From positions 64,001 to 128,000 of the IMG/VR virus record IMGVR_UViG_3300020198_000887: a stretch of 64,000 nucleotides of DNA; one strand, 5' to 3'. Numbering within the stretch: the first letter of the stretch is position 1; every line of letters begins with the position of its first letter. A model generated the notes under the pieces. That model was not told where the DNA came from. It saw nothing but the letters and a program-made list of their open reading frames with translations, and searched no databases. Of the stretch, positions 31,101-42,126 are shown piece by piece. This DNA is from a virus. Position numbers and translations under genes: made by a program.

Positions 31101-34100
31101 TATTTGTTAATATCAAGTTTGGTGCCCACGTTAATGAGAATTGTAACCGAGTTCCTGTTCCAGTAAATTCTTCTGTTTCCTGTAATTGTGTTATAAAATA
31201 TGTTTGTGTTATCCTATCAAATTTGATTTTTAGCATATTAGAACGTACAACACCATCCCCAATTGTCGCAATTGCGGTTGCAGAGACCCCATTTTCTGAT
31301 AAGCCACCTTCTATTTTTACGTGTGGTGCCTGTAAATACCCAGATCCGTTTGATACCATTACAATCCGTGTAACTTTACCGTGTGCAATATATGCTTTTG
31401 CGATGGAAGTTGATTTTGAAGCACCAACTATAGTTACAATTGGTTCATTGATATAACCAGACCCACCATCAATAATTGTGATACTAGTAACAGAAAACCC
31501 AACATTATCTGCCCAATGTCGCCATGGATATGTGTCCAACGTTTCATCATGTGTGATAGTTGAATTATTAACAGATAATAATAGATGTCTATTATACAAA
31601 GGAGGTACATCAAAATCAGTAGTGGATACCCCACCCATATCCAATTTTTCATATGAACTAATATATTCCCTAATCTGTGTTCTATATGGTTTTACTTCTG
31701 CTACGTAATCTTCAAAATTTTGAAGATTATCATTTCGATACCCAGATGGTTGATGTAATTCACCAACATTATGTTTGGCTTTTACAAAACTAGTTTTGAA
31801 AACCCAGTCAACATATGTTTGTTCGCTTAATGCATATCTAATACTTGTAAAAAACAAATTTAAATAATGGTGTTTTAAATTATCAATGAATATATTATTT
31901 TTAATAACATTGAATATAAATCTAAGTTCAATAGATGCATTATCATCATAAGTTCCACTATCAAATAATATTCCATCATATCCACTACCTGTGTTTGAAA
32001 ATTCATATAATGAAGATTTAAATTGTATAGTGCCCTGCTGACTACCAACGACTCTGTATGACATCGTCCAATCAACCGAAATTGCATCAGAATATTTTAC
32101 CAACAATACCCATTTGCCATTATTGGTTAGTCTAACTTTTACCAACTCACCAATTTTAACAGTTTTACTACTTATATCAGCAAATGTATCCACTGAATGG
32201 TGTATTTTAGTATGTTTGGTGTAATCATCCGCATACCAATCAATATATTCCCAATATTCAGATACATCATATGATTGTGACTTTACTTTTGACCATAATT
32301 TGTTAATTGGGTCATATGAATATATCCCCCATTTGTCACCAGACTGTGAATCACTGTATACCAAAATAGAATAATCCCGCACAAACAACACAGTATTATT
32401 ATCATAGCCGTTACCACCAGATATAACATCAACACCTGTTATTTGACCAGCTGAATTTATTTTAGTTTTTAACACTGCCCCCTTCCCACTACCAACTACT
32501 TCAATATATGAAACATTTTTATACCCATTTCCTTTGTTTATAATAGTTACATCAACAATTCTTCCATCGACGATAATCGGCGTCAATACTGGACGCTTAA
32601 ATAACGTAATATTAGTTAATTGCAATTCTTCATATGTATCAACAACTGAATCATATAGCCCACGGGTAGTTGATGGATAATTGTCATATCTACTTAGTAT
32701 TGAAATATCCCTAGTGTCTGTTATTAAATTGGCTTTTAATACGGCATTCGTTTGAACGATTAACTGTTTTAAAATTTCAAACCGGTTAACAAACATACTT
32801 TGTCTAGGAATAGCTTCGATACCATACCGAAGTTTTGGTGGGACCCCCATATCAGGTACTAATCTATTTGATTCGTCCTTCCCACATAAACTATCAACCC
32901 ACTTTTCTTCTATTCTTGATGGGATAATAGTCGTGGTATCACTACTAATAATTTTCCACTCAGTATGAATATTTTGGTCTGTTTTATCACCTGTCCAATA
33001 TTCAACCGATAGCACCACATCATTATCATTAAGTAATGGTTTTATGTTGGTTAGACTAAATGAATTAGTACCTGTCAATGCAAGATACTGCCGACCAACA
33101 CCACGTGGGTTCGCTATTATTGAAGATGCATCATATGATGATATCCGTCTTCCAGCTACATTCGGAATGGTTTTTTTGTTTTTAACCCAAAAATAATATG
33201 TATTTTTAAATGTTTGGCTTATGTTGTCATATTTACGAACTATACTATATGATTTATCACCATATAGTGTCATTCCACTAATATTATTAACCAACCCTTC
33301 CTCAGTATCGGCTAATTTATCCCACAAAGACGGAAGTGTCGTAGTCTCAACCCATTCATATATGTCAATGGATGCACCATATGCCAATGTGTTCCACGTA
33401 TTAGTTCTATATAAAATATTATCATCATAACTATTGACAAATTTTGCTGTTCTTAAATCCCACCATACTCGCCCAACATATGATTTAGTCCATGCCAGCC
33501 CATCATCAACCGTAACACCATCCGTTCCCTTAGAATATATAGCCGGATCATAAAATGTTTTGTAATCAATCTCTTCCTCAACTACCCCAGCAATTTTGCC
33601 TTGAATTGGATCGATTATATCAAGATAGGTAATTAATTTATTTGAATTTTTATTATACAAAAATGCTTGTTTAATTTTGGTAACGTCTGGACGTGGAACT
33701 TCTGTATGTTTCATCGTCCAAGAATATGAATTTAATGAAAGTTTTGTATATTCATATACTTTCCCTGAAATTACGGATTGATCAATTCCAAAAGGAGCAC
33801 CAACTAATATAGTATTTCTACTTACTGCAACACTTTTACCATAATATTCTGCATCATGACATTCAACTTCCAACGATTCACCAAATACCCAATTAGTTAA
33901 ATACCTATCATAGATATCAACCCGGCCACTGTTTGGCTGTTTAGTGACAAACAATGTTGTTTTATTATCAAATGTCGTATTATCATTAAACGATAATGAT
34001 TGCTTGCTATCAGAATTTTCACTGTACACAACCAATGTGTTACTACCATTCATAAAAAATACTTTACTTCCAAAATGTTGCATTGATTCTGGCAAAATGT

Positions 34101-37100
34101 TAACCAATGTGCTCGTCAATTCCCCATCCTTAGAATAGATTGAAACCTTCCCAACTTCTACCAGGTTAATGTTTTGGTCTGGGACATTCATAGAATAAAC
34201 TGCATCTGAAATAGCAACAAATTCGCCATCGCCCGATATTGATATACTATTCCCATCGGCAATCGTCTGTTCAGCAATGGTTGACCGTAAAATAATTGAA
34301 TCATCCGACACAGAATAAACTTTTACGACACCCCCAATAGACGTTGTATTTGGTGCTGCAATAACCAATGTTGAATTATCGTTGCTAAAGTGGAGTTCAG
34401 TACCAAATTTACTATTTTCGCTACCGACTAATACTTGAAGATAATCATATTGCCAAGCATATTTTATAAATTGAATTTTACCAGATGGGGTGTAATCTGG
34501 TTTAGCGCTGAGTTCTATGGTAGCTGCATCAATTATCCGCATAACAGAATGCCCATTGAACCCGGCACCAACAATAATATCACCAACTTCAATTCCAAGG
34601 GCAGATGAAATAACTAATGTTGTACCTGCACTTCCATTTGGGTTGTAGTAAGAAGTAGCATTAATAATTGGATTGAAATCAATTTTATACACACGACCAC
34701 TATTATCAGATGACCCAGGGGCACCAACATATAATGTGTCGTTTCTAAAAGCTATACTATGTCCGAAGTTTTCATTTGCACATGGTCGTGGACTCATAAC
34801 TACATGCAATAACGAATACAATTTCGTTTTTGAATCCTGTTCATAAATGGCAACTACACCATGATTTAATAAATTACTAGGTTTTAATTGTGGGGCAACT
34901 TCAAGAAGTGATATTTCCATCCATTCACTATTATATGCATCTGGTTCGTGGTGCATACCTATCTCGCCCAACGCTGTATACAATCTGTTATTATAACTTA
35001 CAACCGACCGGGCGGCATATGAATAATCCGTATTATATTCACCAAGATACGAATTATTAGAATATGAGGCAGAAGAATACCCAATTGCCACCCATTTGCT
35101 ATCACCGGAAAATACCATATCTGATATAGTCGATACAATAGAATATGTAAGTGTTATACTACCAGTGGCAGTAGTCAATTGAACTTCACCACCATTAACA
35201 GTCAATGATACTTTTATTGTGGTTGTATTTACAATAGCTGCTATATAATAGCGTGTGTCACTTATTAGTCCACCAACTGAATTTGCAAATCGTACTTCTT
35301 GCCCTACTTGAAATATAGCTGCATTAGCAATGTGTATAGTATTTACAGTAGACGTGGTTTTTAGAATTACAACAGAACTCTGTAATTTTTTCGCACTGCC
35401 AGAAAATGAATCCGAAACAGTAATTTTATTACTATATTTGTCAATACTCAATATATAATAACTACTTTTATTATCCAACCCACCAATACTATTACTAAAA
35501 GAAATCATTTCACCCACTGATAGTGGCTCGACTGTTTCAACAGATATTAAATTAGTCGTTTCCTCTGTGTAATACACCCCCATCATATCTTCACTAATGT
35601 AAGGCTGTGTCAACAATTGACTTCTCGACCATTGGTTTCTTATACCTGATTTTAAATTCAATATTATTTCGTGTGAAGCGGTTGCAACTGCGGCTATATT
35701 TGCATTATCATTTAATGCAACCCTTGTTCCAAACCCCAAGTTGTATATTTGATTTACATTTTTAATAGTATCTTTCTTATACACAGGATTATACTCAATA
35801 ACCCCCCATTTATTACTGCCAGTGTTATCAATCCATCGCATATCGCCAGGCATTGTTCTAGAATAATTTAAATCTATGTCATCAATAGTTTTTGTTCTTT
35901 TACTAACCAGTTTATATATTATAATTTTACTTTGTTCATTGAATATAGTAATATCAATGGCAGCTTTTATTATGATACTAGTTAAGTTAATATCAGATAT
36001 TTTGTAAAAACCACTAAACAAAGAAATATTATTAATGCCAATGTAATCACCGACTTGCAAATCAACTAATTTAGTTGTTATAATTTTTATAGTTGTACCA
36101 GATGATGTGACATTTAATACATCAATATTTGCATTAACTAATTGGTATACATCCCAGCTAACTGGGTCCCACGGTGTTCCACCGAATGTATTCCAAATAT
36201 AATCACCCAGTGAAAATTCTGAAATATTCTTTGATAATAATTCATCCATCGATGATATAACAAATTGTACATCCATTGTTCTAACATACCCAGGGGTTCT
36301 TAATAGAGTTTGATTTTTTGTAGTTACCGGCCAAGGATTAGAATTATATGCGGGTGGTTTTAAATAGACATCTGATTCTGATTGTCTTATAATAAAATCA
36401 AATGGGGTATTACCAGTTACGTTAGCAAGTTGAATTCCCTGTGGATTTATTTTAAATTTGTCTTCTTGTAGTACAAACTCAATATTTTCATACGCAGAGC
36501 TGGCACCGTACTGCCCAAGTCTGAGTGCCCATTCTTCATAAAATCTTAAACTTTCTTGACCATCCGAACTTAATACATCAAATAATTTATTAAGAACATT
36601 TGCTGTCCCCTTCTCAGGAAGCATCCCTTGATAAAATTTAAATTCACTAACATCATTTTGAATAATATTTTCTAGATATTGCCGCTTTTGATACCCAACC
36701 AAATGCTGTGCCATTTTTTGTTGTCCAATATCAAAATTGTCGCTATCTAAACTATAAAAATCTTCAAATTGGCTTGCTTTATAACTCCAGTTTGGTAATA
36801 AGCTAGGTTCTGGTTTTTTTGTAAGACGAACCCATCTTGCATCATCGAATGTTTCTGTTCCTGGGTTAAATTTATTTGCACTGTAGTAATATTCTTTATA
36901 TTTTACAACATCACCCATTGCATAATTTTGCCATGCAACCCATTCTTGAATATATGCTTGGTCAAATATAAATCCAGGAATAGAAAATGTCCCATTCCAA
37001 TTCATACTAACGTATCCAGATAACTTTATTCTTTCTTGCTTGTACCCACTTACTGGGTTGTAAATAGTGTCGTTAAATATTGTATTATTATCAAATATAA

Positions 37101-40100
37101 CAACATGCTCTTTTTGAACCAAATAAAAACTAGCCCCAAATATTCCATCACCATTTGTTGCTGTATATGAAACTATATTATTTTCAACATATGAATTCAT
37201 GAATTCATCTGAAATTGAAATACCATTTACATCCACTAGTTCATATTCATTAAATTGGTTTCGTATATCTTCAACAGAACTTAGGTCAGTTTTAAACTTA
37301 ATTCCATACGCACATGGACTCAATGATAATACAGAGCTACCAATAATACTCCTGCCGCCAACCTTTTCAAACAAATGAAAATCAAACTGGGCAGTGCCAG
37401 TAAATGACATACGTGCTTTATAATATTCACCACTGAATACTACTAATTCCCCAAATGAATAATCAGTATATGGTTTCCATAAAGTCCAGTTCTCACCACT
37501 AACTGCCCAGTTTTGTAATGTCCAGAACATAAATTCGTTGACACTAGTTAACCAGTTGGCAACATGTGATACCGTTGTTCTAAATTCATCAAAAATAAAT
37601 CCTACGTCCTGTAAATATTCACTATACCCCAACATAAAATCAACGACTTCTTGAACACCCCCCAAAACAGTGCCATATGGCAACACAAAAACTTCCCGTT
37701 TATCTACCTTCGTTTTTATAACTGCGTCACACCCACCAATTGATGGTAATGATGGCAATGCCACATATCGTAATGGGTCAAATTCTTCACCAGAGGTATG
37801 TGATTCGATAACCCGGTAAAATCTTCCATAATATAAAACAATTTTTCCAACAACATATTCGTTAGTAGGACCCCAAGTTGAATAACTTTCAGAAATCCCG
37901 CCAACTGTTATAGTAGAACCGCCTGGATTAAATTTATAATAATTAAAATATGGTTGTTTTTTACTATACCCGGTTATCTCATATCCAGAATCCAACTTGG
38001 TAATTATTATCCCACTATACGTTAGTTTTTTTACACTTGACGACGAGTTTAAAATAATGTCATAATTTTCTTGTGGTACAAATATACCAGATGTCGCCAT
38101 TGGATTTTTTGAATCAAGTATTAGGTTAAACTTTTCTTTACTAGTAAAGGCACCCACTCTATATGATAATTTAGCAGTGATATTTGATAAATTAAATTTA
38201 TATTTGTTATATGTTGTTACATTGTCACCACTAATATAATTAACAAGATAGTTTATTATTCCAGATGTTTTAATAGATGCGCCGTTAGCATATACACTAG
38301 GAATTTTGACATCAGATGGCTTCATTCTTACACCAGTATCTTTATACACCAGCTGTCCAGCCAAATTTCGAACTATCCTAGATCTATCAAAAATCAACCC
38401 AAATACTTTTGATGGATTCATTAATATTAACGTCAATACAACACTGAATGAATAATGTGAACTTCTTCTCCATGCAGCCTCTACCGGACCAACATCCCCG
38501 AACACATACTCACTAGATGAAACCTGTGAATAGTTCCCTGTAACTATTCCGGTTTCAAGTGGGCTTCTGATTACACCATTCTCGTCAACTGGAATATAGT
38601 CTAACAAGAATAATTTTTTATACTTTGGAAGGGTAATGATTTTCTTACCCGGTTCTTTCACTAATCCATTACGTATATCTTCCCACATTACTAAATTGTT
38701 ACTTGTATATGGCGCTGGTCCATACGCAGATTTCCACCATTGTGGTTCATCCGAAAACCCAAGCATTTCCCACGGTCTGATACCTGGTTGATCAGTATCC
38801 AACATCCACCGGTATATACCTCTCCAATACCCAGGAACTATACTTGTTTTATCAAATGTTTTGTATCCATCATAATTATAAGTTATCGAATGTTGTTTAT
38901 CATACCCGTGTTGTTTTTTATAATCTCTGCCAATATTTTGCATCCAACTATAAAAATTAGAAGACAATATGTTATTAAATTCTTGTAGACTGTAATCAGT
39001 TTTTCTATTAAAACTTGGGATAAAATCCGTTATATCAAAAATAGAAGGATCATAAGATACTTTTATATTGTTATAAATTCGTTTTTCTAATTCTAGTATC
39101 AGGTCATCACGATAATCACCATATGCCAAAATTTGGCTTCCATCATGCCCTTGAATTATACGGCGATGATATATGAATGATGTATCATCATAAATCAGTG
39201 GGTCATATGTTGGTAATATACCCAATTTTGAGGGGGTTTCTGGAATAAAACACCCATTTGTATTTTCATATTCGTAAACACTAATGATATCCCCATCTGA
39301 CATATCCGCAGAAATTACGACAAATCCGTCAGCGTCAAATTCATATTGATGTTCGTGTAATAACTGCTGATTATTCAAATAGACCAACACAGCTTTATTT
39401 GACAATTCAGTCAAATTGAATATCTCACTCAATGGATATTTTTTGATTCTATAGTCAAATACCGTGAAATCTGTTTTTATGTTTGCACCATACGGGACCA
39501 TATCACTGAAATAATACGGAGAACTTTTTGGTGAATTTTTATTCATGTCTTGTAGTATCAAGTCAACATGTTGTCTAGGTTCAGCATGAACCCCAAGGCT
39601 TGCGGCAACTGACAAAAACTTTCTTTTAAATTTATCGTAATCAGCCCTACTTTTTTCAATTGCCCGAATAATATTATGTTCAGATGATGCAATATGGTAG
39701 GTTGATAAACTGGCAGGGCCACTATGCTGAACAAATCTAGTTCCATATGGAGCAGTATTCCCAAGATCTCGCAAATTACTGACCCCTGGATATTTTCCAG
39801 TAAATGATATCAAATTATCAACTATGGTATTAACATGGTCAATAACTTCCCCTAGTGTAAATTCATAAATTTCCTCATTTAATGGGTTATTTTGTAAATT
39901 TAACGGCGGTTCATAAAACCCATTTTTATTAATTGGTTGTTTTGCAAATGCCCTAATGGTCAACACATCCGATTCGGCAAAAGTAACTAATTTGTTATCC
40001 AAAATGATTCTACCATTACTTTCATATGTCCACTCCGACGTGTCAAGTCTAATACCATTTTTGTAAACTCTCAATATTAAATCTTTCAAATCATCAATGT

Positions 40101-42126
40101 CATCATATATGTCCAATCGGAATTTGTCAGTCAATCCTGAATTTTTGTAAATTCTCACCGCAGCCTGTGTAGTATGTGATATGTTCTTCTGCCATCCATT
40201 CACATACGCAGTGTCTCCATTTGCATGTGTTTTTACAAGATATCCATCATTTATTATTTTATTAATTACGTTTTTATTTCTTTTATAATCAAACGAATCA
40301 AAAAGAATGTTGAAATTAAAAACAATATCACCAATATTGTTTATATTTTTATAAGACAGCGGGAAGCCCAATGTTTTATCATCGATACCACTTCCTACTT
40401 TATAAGAAAATAGTTTTGTTCCACTAAATGTTGTGCCAATATAGGTATTAGAATCACCAAAACTTATTTTATCAAATCCGACAATATCAAATAACGGTGC
40501 CTGATTTATTGATGTTTTTTCTTGGGCTTTTATCCAGGATTCCCCGTTGAACCAATACATAGTTCCTTTATTATGAATCCCGTCTCTGATTAACACTGAC
40601 TGATTTACGACCGGAAAATTTTCTTTTACTAATCGTATTTGTTTTTGTAATTTCCCGTTAATACTAGTTTGCGTCAAATCAATAAATTCAACTTTATAAA
40701 CATTATTTTTAACTAATACATCAGTATCCGCGGTGAATAAAATACGTTGTCCATGTACTAACTCAATACCATCAATATTGTACCCAGTCGCCCCTTCGAT
40801 AATTGAAAATACGTCAGTTGTAAACGTGTCAATAAGATCAACATCATTTCCAGCAATTGTTCCAAAATTATACAACTTCAAACTAGCTTCAAATTCTATA
40901 ATTGGTCTAGTTGCTCGTAATAAATTATCAATTGTGACAACATTATCATTAATTGATGCTGTTTTTTCAATTATGTCTTTATGAAACCATCTGTTAAGTC
41001 TAGCCCATGGGTTTTTATCAATACTTGCCCGGTTTATAACAATATAGTCTTGTTTATTAGCATAAGCGGTTGCATCATTGAATGGTGTATTATCAAATGG
41101 TGTTGTGTCGAACGGGATATTTTGTGATGTTGTATAATCACAAATCACTTCAGTATCACGTTCTGGTATTAACACAATTGCAGTACCAACACCTTCAACG
41201 TAATATTGACCAGTAGAATACTCTGCTGGTATAATATTACCACCGAATGATATCTTCATACCATTACTTAATGTAATCCCATCATGGGTTGTATATGCTG
41301 ATTTACCTATAATCTCATTTTTAACATCCAGTGAGGTGTTTTCAACAATATCATGAATATGAATAACCCCACCAACATCAATATTCACAGTGCTTTGATA
41401 ATACAAAACATCAGGAGAATCATATCCCAGTGTCAACTCTATTACCCCATCTTCCACAATTTGGGTAACTGTATCAATAATACCTGGTGTTCGTCTAGTT
41501 TTTATACAAAATGGGTTTCCTACTGCCGAAACTTCAAACCTATATGTTTGTCCCCTATATAATTTTATAAATGGGTTTTTAGTAACACCATTTGGTGTGA
41601 ACACGTATGCTGGTGTAATAGTGGTTTCATCAAGAGTTACAGTAAATACACTGACCGTTTTTTCCTTCTGTCCTCGTACAGTAATTATTTCAGGGCCATA
41701 TGGTAACCAATAATAATTCTGAAAGTTAACAAATTTATCCCAATCAATATGCGGATCCCAGCTGTAAAACTCTTGTTTGTTTAACCGTGCATGATTCGAC
41801 GTATTTGCATTAAAAATAGCCAATTGGTTAATATAATCTTGGTAATCTTTAAAAAACGTGGTATTACCATTTGTGTCTTTAATGGTGAAACCAGGTTCTA
41901 GCTGATAATTTTGTCTAGTCGGCGTGGCCGCAGCTATAAAAACATCATCACCACCCGTGGTTTTAGAATTTTGTCTGCCAATATACCCATCTACCTTCTT
42001 GACTGTTCCTGGTTGAACCATGTTATCAATGGTTGATTGTAGAAATTTTTTATTTGCTGCAGTTTTATATATATTAGGTATAAAATTTTCAGAAATACTT
42101 GATCGTTGATTTTTACTATCGGTCAT
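28105..42126 (-). CDS. giant baseplate wedge-like structural protein (4673 aa; gp7 position) with CBM5/12-like, FG-GAP/beta-propeller and GxGY repeats
   Basis: Single uninterrupted ORF coupled (TAATG) to the gp6-like gene; C-terminal 'GERIEY...LSQLRRGTLGT...H'; internal repeat motifs. Confidence 0.75.
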   Translation of the reverse strand: MTDSKNQRSSISENFIPNIYKTAANKKFLQSTIDNMVQPGTVKKVDGYIGRQNSKTTGGDDVFIAAATPTRQNYQLEPGFTIKDTNGNTTFFKDYQDYINQLAIFNANTSNHARLNKQEFYSWDPHIDWDKFVNFQNYYWLPYGPEIITVRGQKEKTVSVFTVTLDETTITPAYVFTPNGVTKNPFIKLYRGQTYRFEVSAVGNPFCIKTRRTPGIIDTVTQIVEDGVIELTLGYDSPDVLYYQSTVNIDVGGVIHIHDIVENTSLDVKNEIIGKSAYTTHDGITLSNGMKISFGGNIIPAEYSTGQYYVEGVGTAIVLIPERDTEVICDYTTSQNIPFDTTPFDNTPFNDATAYANKQDYIVINRASIDKNPWARLNRWFHKDIIEKTASINDNVVTIDNLLRATRPIIEFEASLKLYNFGTIAGNDVDLIDTFTTDVFSIIEGATGYNIDGIELVHGQRILFTADTDVLVKNNVYKVEFIDLTQTSINGKLQKQIRLVKENFPVVNQSVLIRDGIHNKGTMYWFNGESWIKAQEKTSINQAPLFDIVGFDKISFGDSNTYIGTTFSGTKLFSYKVGSGIDDKTLGFPLSYKNINNIGDIVFNFNILFDSFDYKRNKNVINKIINDGYLVKTHANGDTAYVNGWQKNISHTTQAAVRIYKNSGLTDKFRLDIYDDIDDLKDLILRVYKNGIRLDTSEWTYESNGRIILDNKLVTFAESDVLTIRAFAKQPINKNGFYEPPLNLQNNPLNEEIYEFTLGEVIDHVNTIVDNLISFTGKYPGVSNLRDLGNTAPYGTRFVQHSGPASLSTYHIASSEHNIIRAIEKSRADYDKFKRKFLSVAASLGVHAEPRQHVDLILQDMNKNSPKSSPYYFSDMVPYGANIKTDFTVFDYRIKKYPLSEIFNLTELSNKAVLVYLNNQQLLHEHQYEFDADGFVVISADMSDGDIISVYEYENTNGCFIPETPSKLGILPTYDPLIYDDTSFIYHRRIIQGHDGSQILAYGDYRDDLILELEKRIYNNIKVSYDPSIFDITDFIPSFNRKTDYSLQEFNNILSSNFYSWMQNIGRDYKKQHGYDKQHSITYNYDGYKTFDKTSIVPGYWRGIYRWMLDTDQPGIRPWEMLGFSDEPQWWKSAYGPAPYTSNNLVMWEDIRNGLVKEPGKKIITLPKYKKLFLLDYIPVDENGVIRSPLETGIVTGNYSQVSSSEYVFGDVGPVEAAWRRSSHYSFSVVLTLILMNPSKVFGLIFDRSRIVRNLAGQLVYKDTGVRMKPSDVKIPSVYANGASIKTSGIINYLVNYISGDNVTTYNKYKFNLSNITAKLSYRVGAFTSKEKFNLILDSKNPMATSGIFVPQENYDIILNSSSSVKKLTYSGIIITKLDSGYEITGYSKKQPYFNYYKFNPGGSTITVGGISESYSTWGPTNEYVVGKIVLYYGRFYRVIESHTSGEEFDPLRYVALPSLPSIGGCDAVIKTKVDKREVFVLPYGTVLGGVQEVVDFMLGYSEYLQDVGFIFDEFRTTVSHVANWLTSVNEFMFWTLQNWAVSGENWTLWKPYTDYSFGELVVFSGEYYKARMSFTGTAQFDFHLFEKVGGRSIIGSSVLSLSPCAYGIKFKTDLSSVEDIRNQFNEYELVDVNGISISDEFMNSYVENNIVSYTATNGDGIFGASFYLVQKEHVVIFDNNTIFNDTIYNPVSGYKQERIKLSGYVSMNWNGTFSIPGFIFDQAYIQEWVAWQNYAMGDVVKYKEYYYSANKFNPGTETFDDARWVRLTKKPEPSLLPNWSYKASQFEDFYSLDSDNFDIGQQKMAQHLVGYQKRQYLENIIQNDVSEFKFYQGMLPEKGTANVLNKLFDVLSSDGQESLRFYEEWALRLGQYGASSAYENIEFVLQEDKFKINPQGIQLANVTGNTPFDFIIRQSESDVYLKPPAYNSNPWPVTTKNQTLLRTPGYVRTMDVQFVISSMDELLSKNISEFSLGDYIWNTFGGTPWDPVSWDVYQLVNANIDVLNVTSSGTTIKIITTKLVDLQVGDYIGINNISLFSGFYKISDINLTSIIIKAAIDITIFNEQSKIIIYKLVSKRTKTIDDIDLNYSRTMPGDMRWIDNTGSNKWGVIEYNPVYKKDTIKNVNQIYNLGFGTRVALNDNANIAAVATASHEIILNLKSGIRNQWSRSQLLTQPYISEDMMGVYYTEETTNLISVETVEPLSVGEMISFSNSIGGLDNKSSYYILSIDKYSNKITVSDSFSGSAKKLQSSVVILKTTSTVNTIHIANAAIFQVGQEVRFANSVGGLISDTRYYIAAIVNTTTIKVSLTVNGGEVQLTTATGSITLTYSIVSTISDMVFSGDSKWVAIGYSSASYSNNSYLGEYNTDYSYAARSVVSYNNRLYTALGEIGMHHEPDAYNSEWMEISLLEVAPQLKPSNLLNHGVVAIYEQDSKTKLYSLLHVVMSPRPCANENFGHSIAFRNDTLYVGAPGSSDNSGRVYKIDFNPIINATSYYNPNGSAGTTLVISSALGIEVGDIIVGAGFNGHSVMRIIDAATIELSAKPDYTPSGKIQFIKYAWQYDYLQVLVGSENSKFGTELHFSNDNSTLVIAAPNTTSIGGVVKVYSVSDDSIILRSTIAEQTIADGNSISISGDGEFVAISDAVYSMNVPDQNINLVEVGKVSIYSKDGELTSTLVNILPESMQHFGSKVFFMNGSNTLVVYSENSDSKQSLSFNDNTTFDNKTTLFVTKQPNSGRVDIYDRYLTNWVFGESLEVECHDAEYYGKSVAVSRNTILVGAPFGIDQSVISGKVYEYTKLSLNSYSWTMKHTEVPRPDVTKIKQAFLYNKNSNKLITYLDIIDPIQGKIAGVVEEEIDYKTFYDPAIYSKGTDGVTVDDGLAWTKSYVGRVWWDLRTAKFVNSYDDNILYRTNTWNTLAYGASIDIYEWVETTTLPSLWDKLADTEEGLVNNISGMTLYGDKSYSIVRKYDNISQTFKNTYYFWVKNKKTIPNVAGRRISSYDASSIIANPRGVGRQYLALTGTNSFSLTNIKPLLNDNDVVLSVEYWTGDKTDQNIHTEWKIISSDTTTIIPSRIEEKWVDSLCGKDESNRLVPDMGVPPKLRYGIEAIPRQSMFVNRFEILKQLIVQTNAVLKANLITDTRDISILSRYDNYPSTTRGLYDSVVDTYEELQLTNITLFKRPVLTPIIVDGRIVDVTIINKGNGYKNVSYIEVVGSGKGAVLKTKINSAGQITGVDVISGGNGYDNNTVLFVRDYSILVYSDSQSGDKWGIYSYDPINKLWSKVKSQSYDVSEYWEYIDWYADDYTKHTKIHHSVDTFADISSKTVKIGELVKVRLTNNGKWVLLVKYSDAISVDWTMSYRVVGSQQGTIQFKSSLYEFSNTGSGYDGILFDSGTYDDNASIELRFIFNVIKNNIFIDNLKHHYLNLFFTSIRYALSEQTYVDWVFKTSFVKAKHNVGELHQPSGYRNDNLQNFEDYVAEVKPYRTQIREYISSYEKLDMGGVSTTDFDVPPLYNRHLLLSVNNSTITHDETLDTYPWRHWADNVGFSVTSITIIDGGSGYINEPIVTIVGASKSTSIAKAYIAHGKVTRIVMVSNGSGYLQAPHVKIEGGLSENGVSATAIATIGDGVVRSNMLKIKFDRITQTYFITQLQETEEFTGTGTRLQFSLTWAPNLILTNTSVIVDGQTVVKSNYKMDIRKSKTRGYTSYYGTITFNSAPAVKSKISVTYVKDWSLLNASDRIQYYYNPTSGELGNDLAQLMSGVDYGGVIVSGLGFAQTGGWDSIPYYSDRWDSKDPTFDDYIVMTSANEHEFTLPYIPTAGTVINVYHNGIKIDDPYYGTESQTNKHARMASWVADGVRHTVTIPNSYSDIDGIIQPIVIKNSDQIILRKITSDGAPNPSEYDYDTTLVGGDLAYQSAVGINADDIIVDGDGFVTPTTSPATEEVVPGQVVDAVAIKVFEKSYSGSASIKIDNFITDGVSKTYTMTHQINNSQAVIVKVSNGTTSTIKEQGVDYIVNLRNNSITFVTPPPINHIVSIYSFGVNGVKILDINSVISTGETTGILTTVSYKTNINAMVYVNGVNVSYTVSKENGFVKINLAIPPANDSLVTYVVFDGELYSFAVTKTENIIADGRPAGVPYNIQSVVGDSLPVESKMLVFVGNKVLKAPVNNYYTIKNSILTYVIDAIKFQPHTVNIEDFEVIVDGNKLKVSSDYTVDLSCISITINKRVYKKYNNKEMIVSITRDNEYFYIPATHTESAKIQFTDQHESGKTISIVSSYKHENIISHETGFNVSDILVDLYSPTYYSYVNIKGGVIPLENAVMDDSYVWVIKNDSLLTSSVDYKLNSDKRSITLGKKSKVNDTFTIITYSNNILKSGISYMQFKDMLNRTHFKRLSLSKQTTLAHDLKWNDTSIIVSDASNFDEPNPLLNRPGIIEIRGERIEYFNKNGNVLSQLRRGTLGTGTPLMHSVGANVQDIGTSETIPYRDHTITEQIVSDGTTIVPLKFIPEKSTNVWDYRSSIPLDYGQCNSIEVFVGGYANNTPWVPNVLYTVGTLVVNGSYTYKCVTEHTSSMMFADDSTKWEFFIGNIRLKKAPYKVHNVGKHMDSPEGDINFDADFAVDGVASEIVLTNKLEAGTHITVVKRTGRAWNVTLDMNSDISEVATFLKTTPGIWYSPY

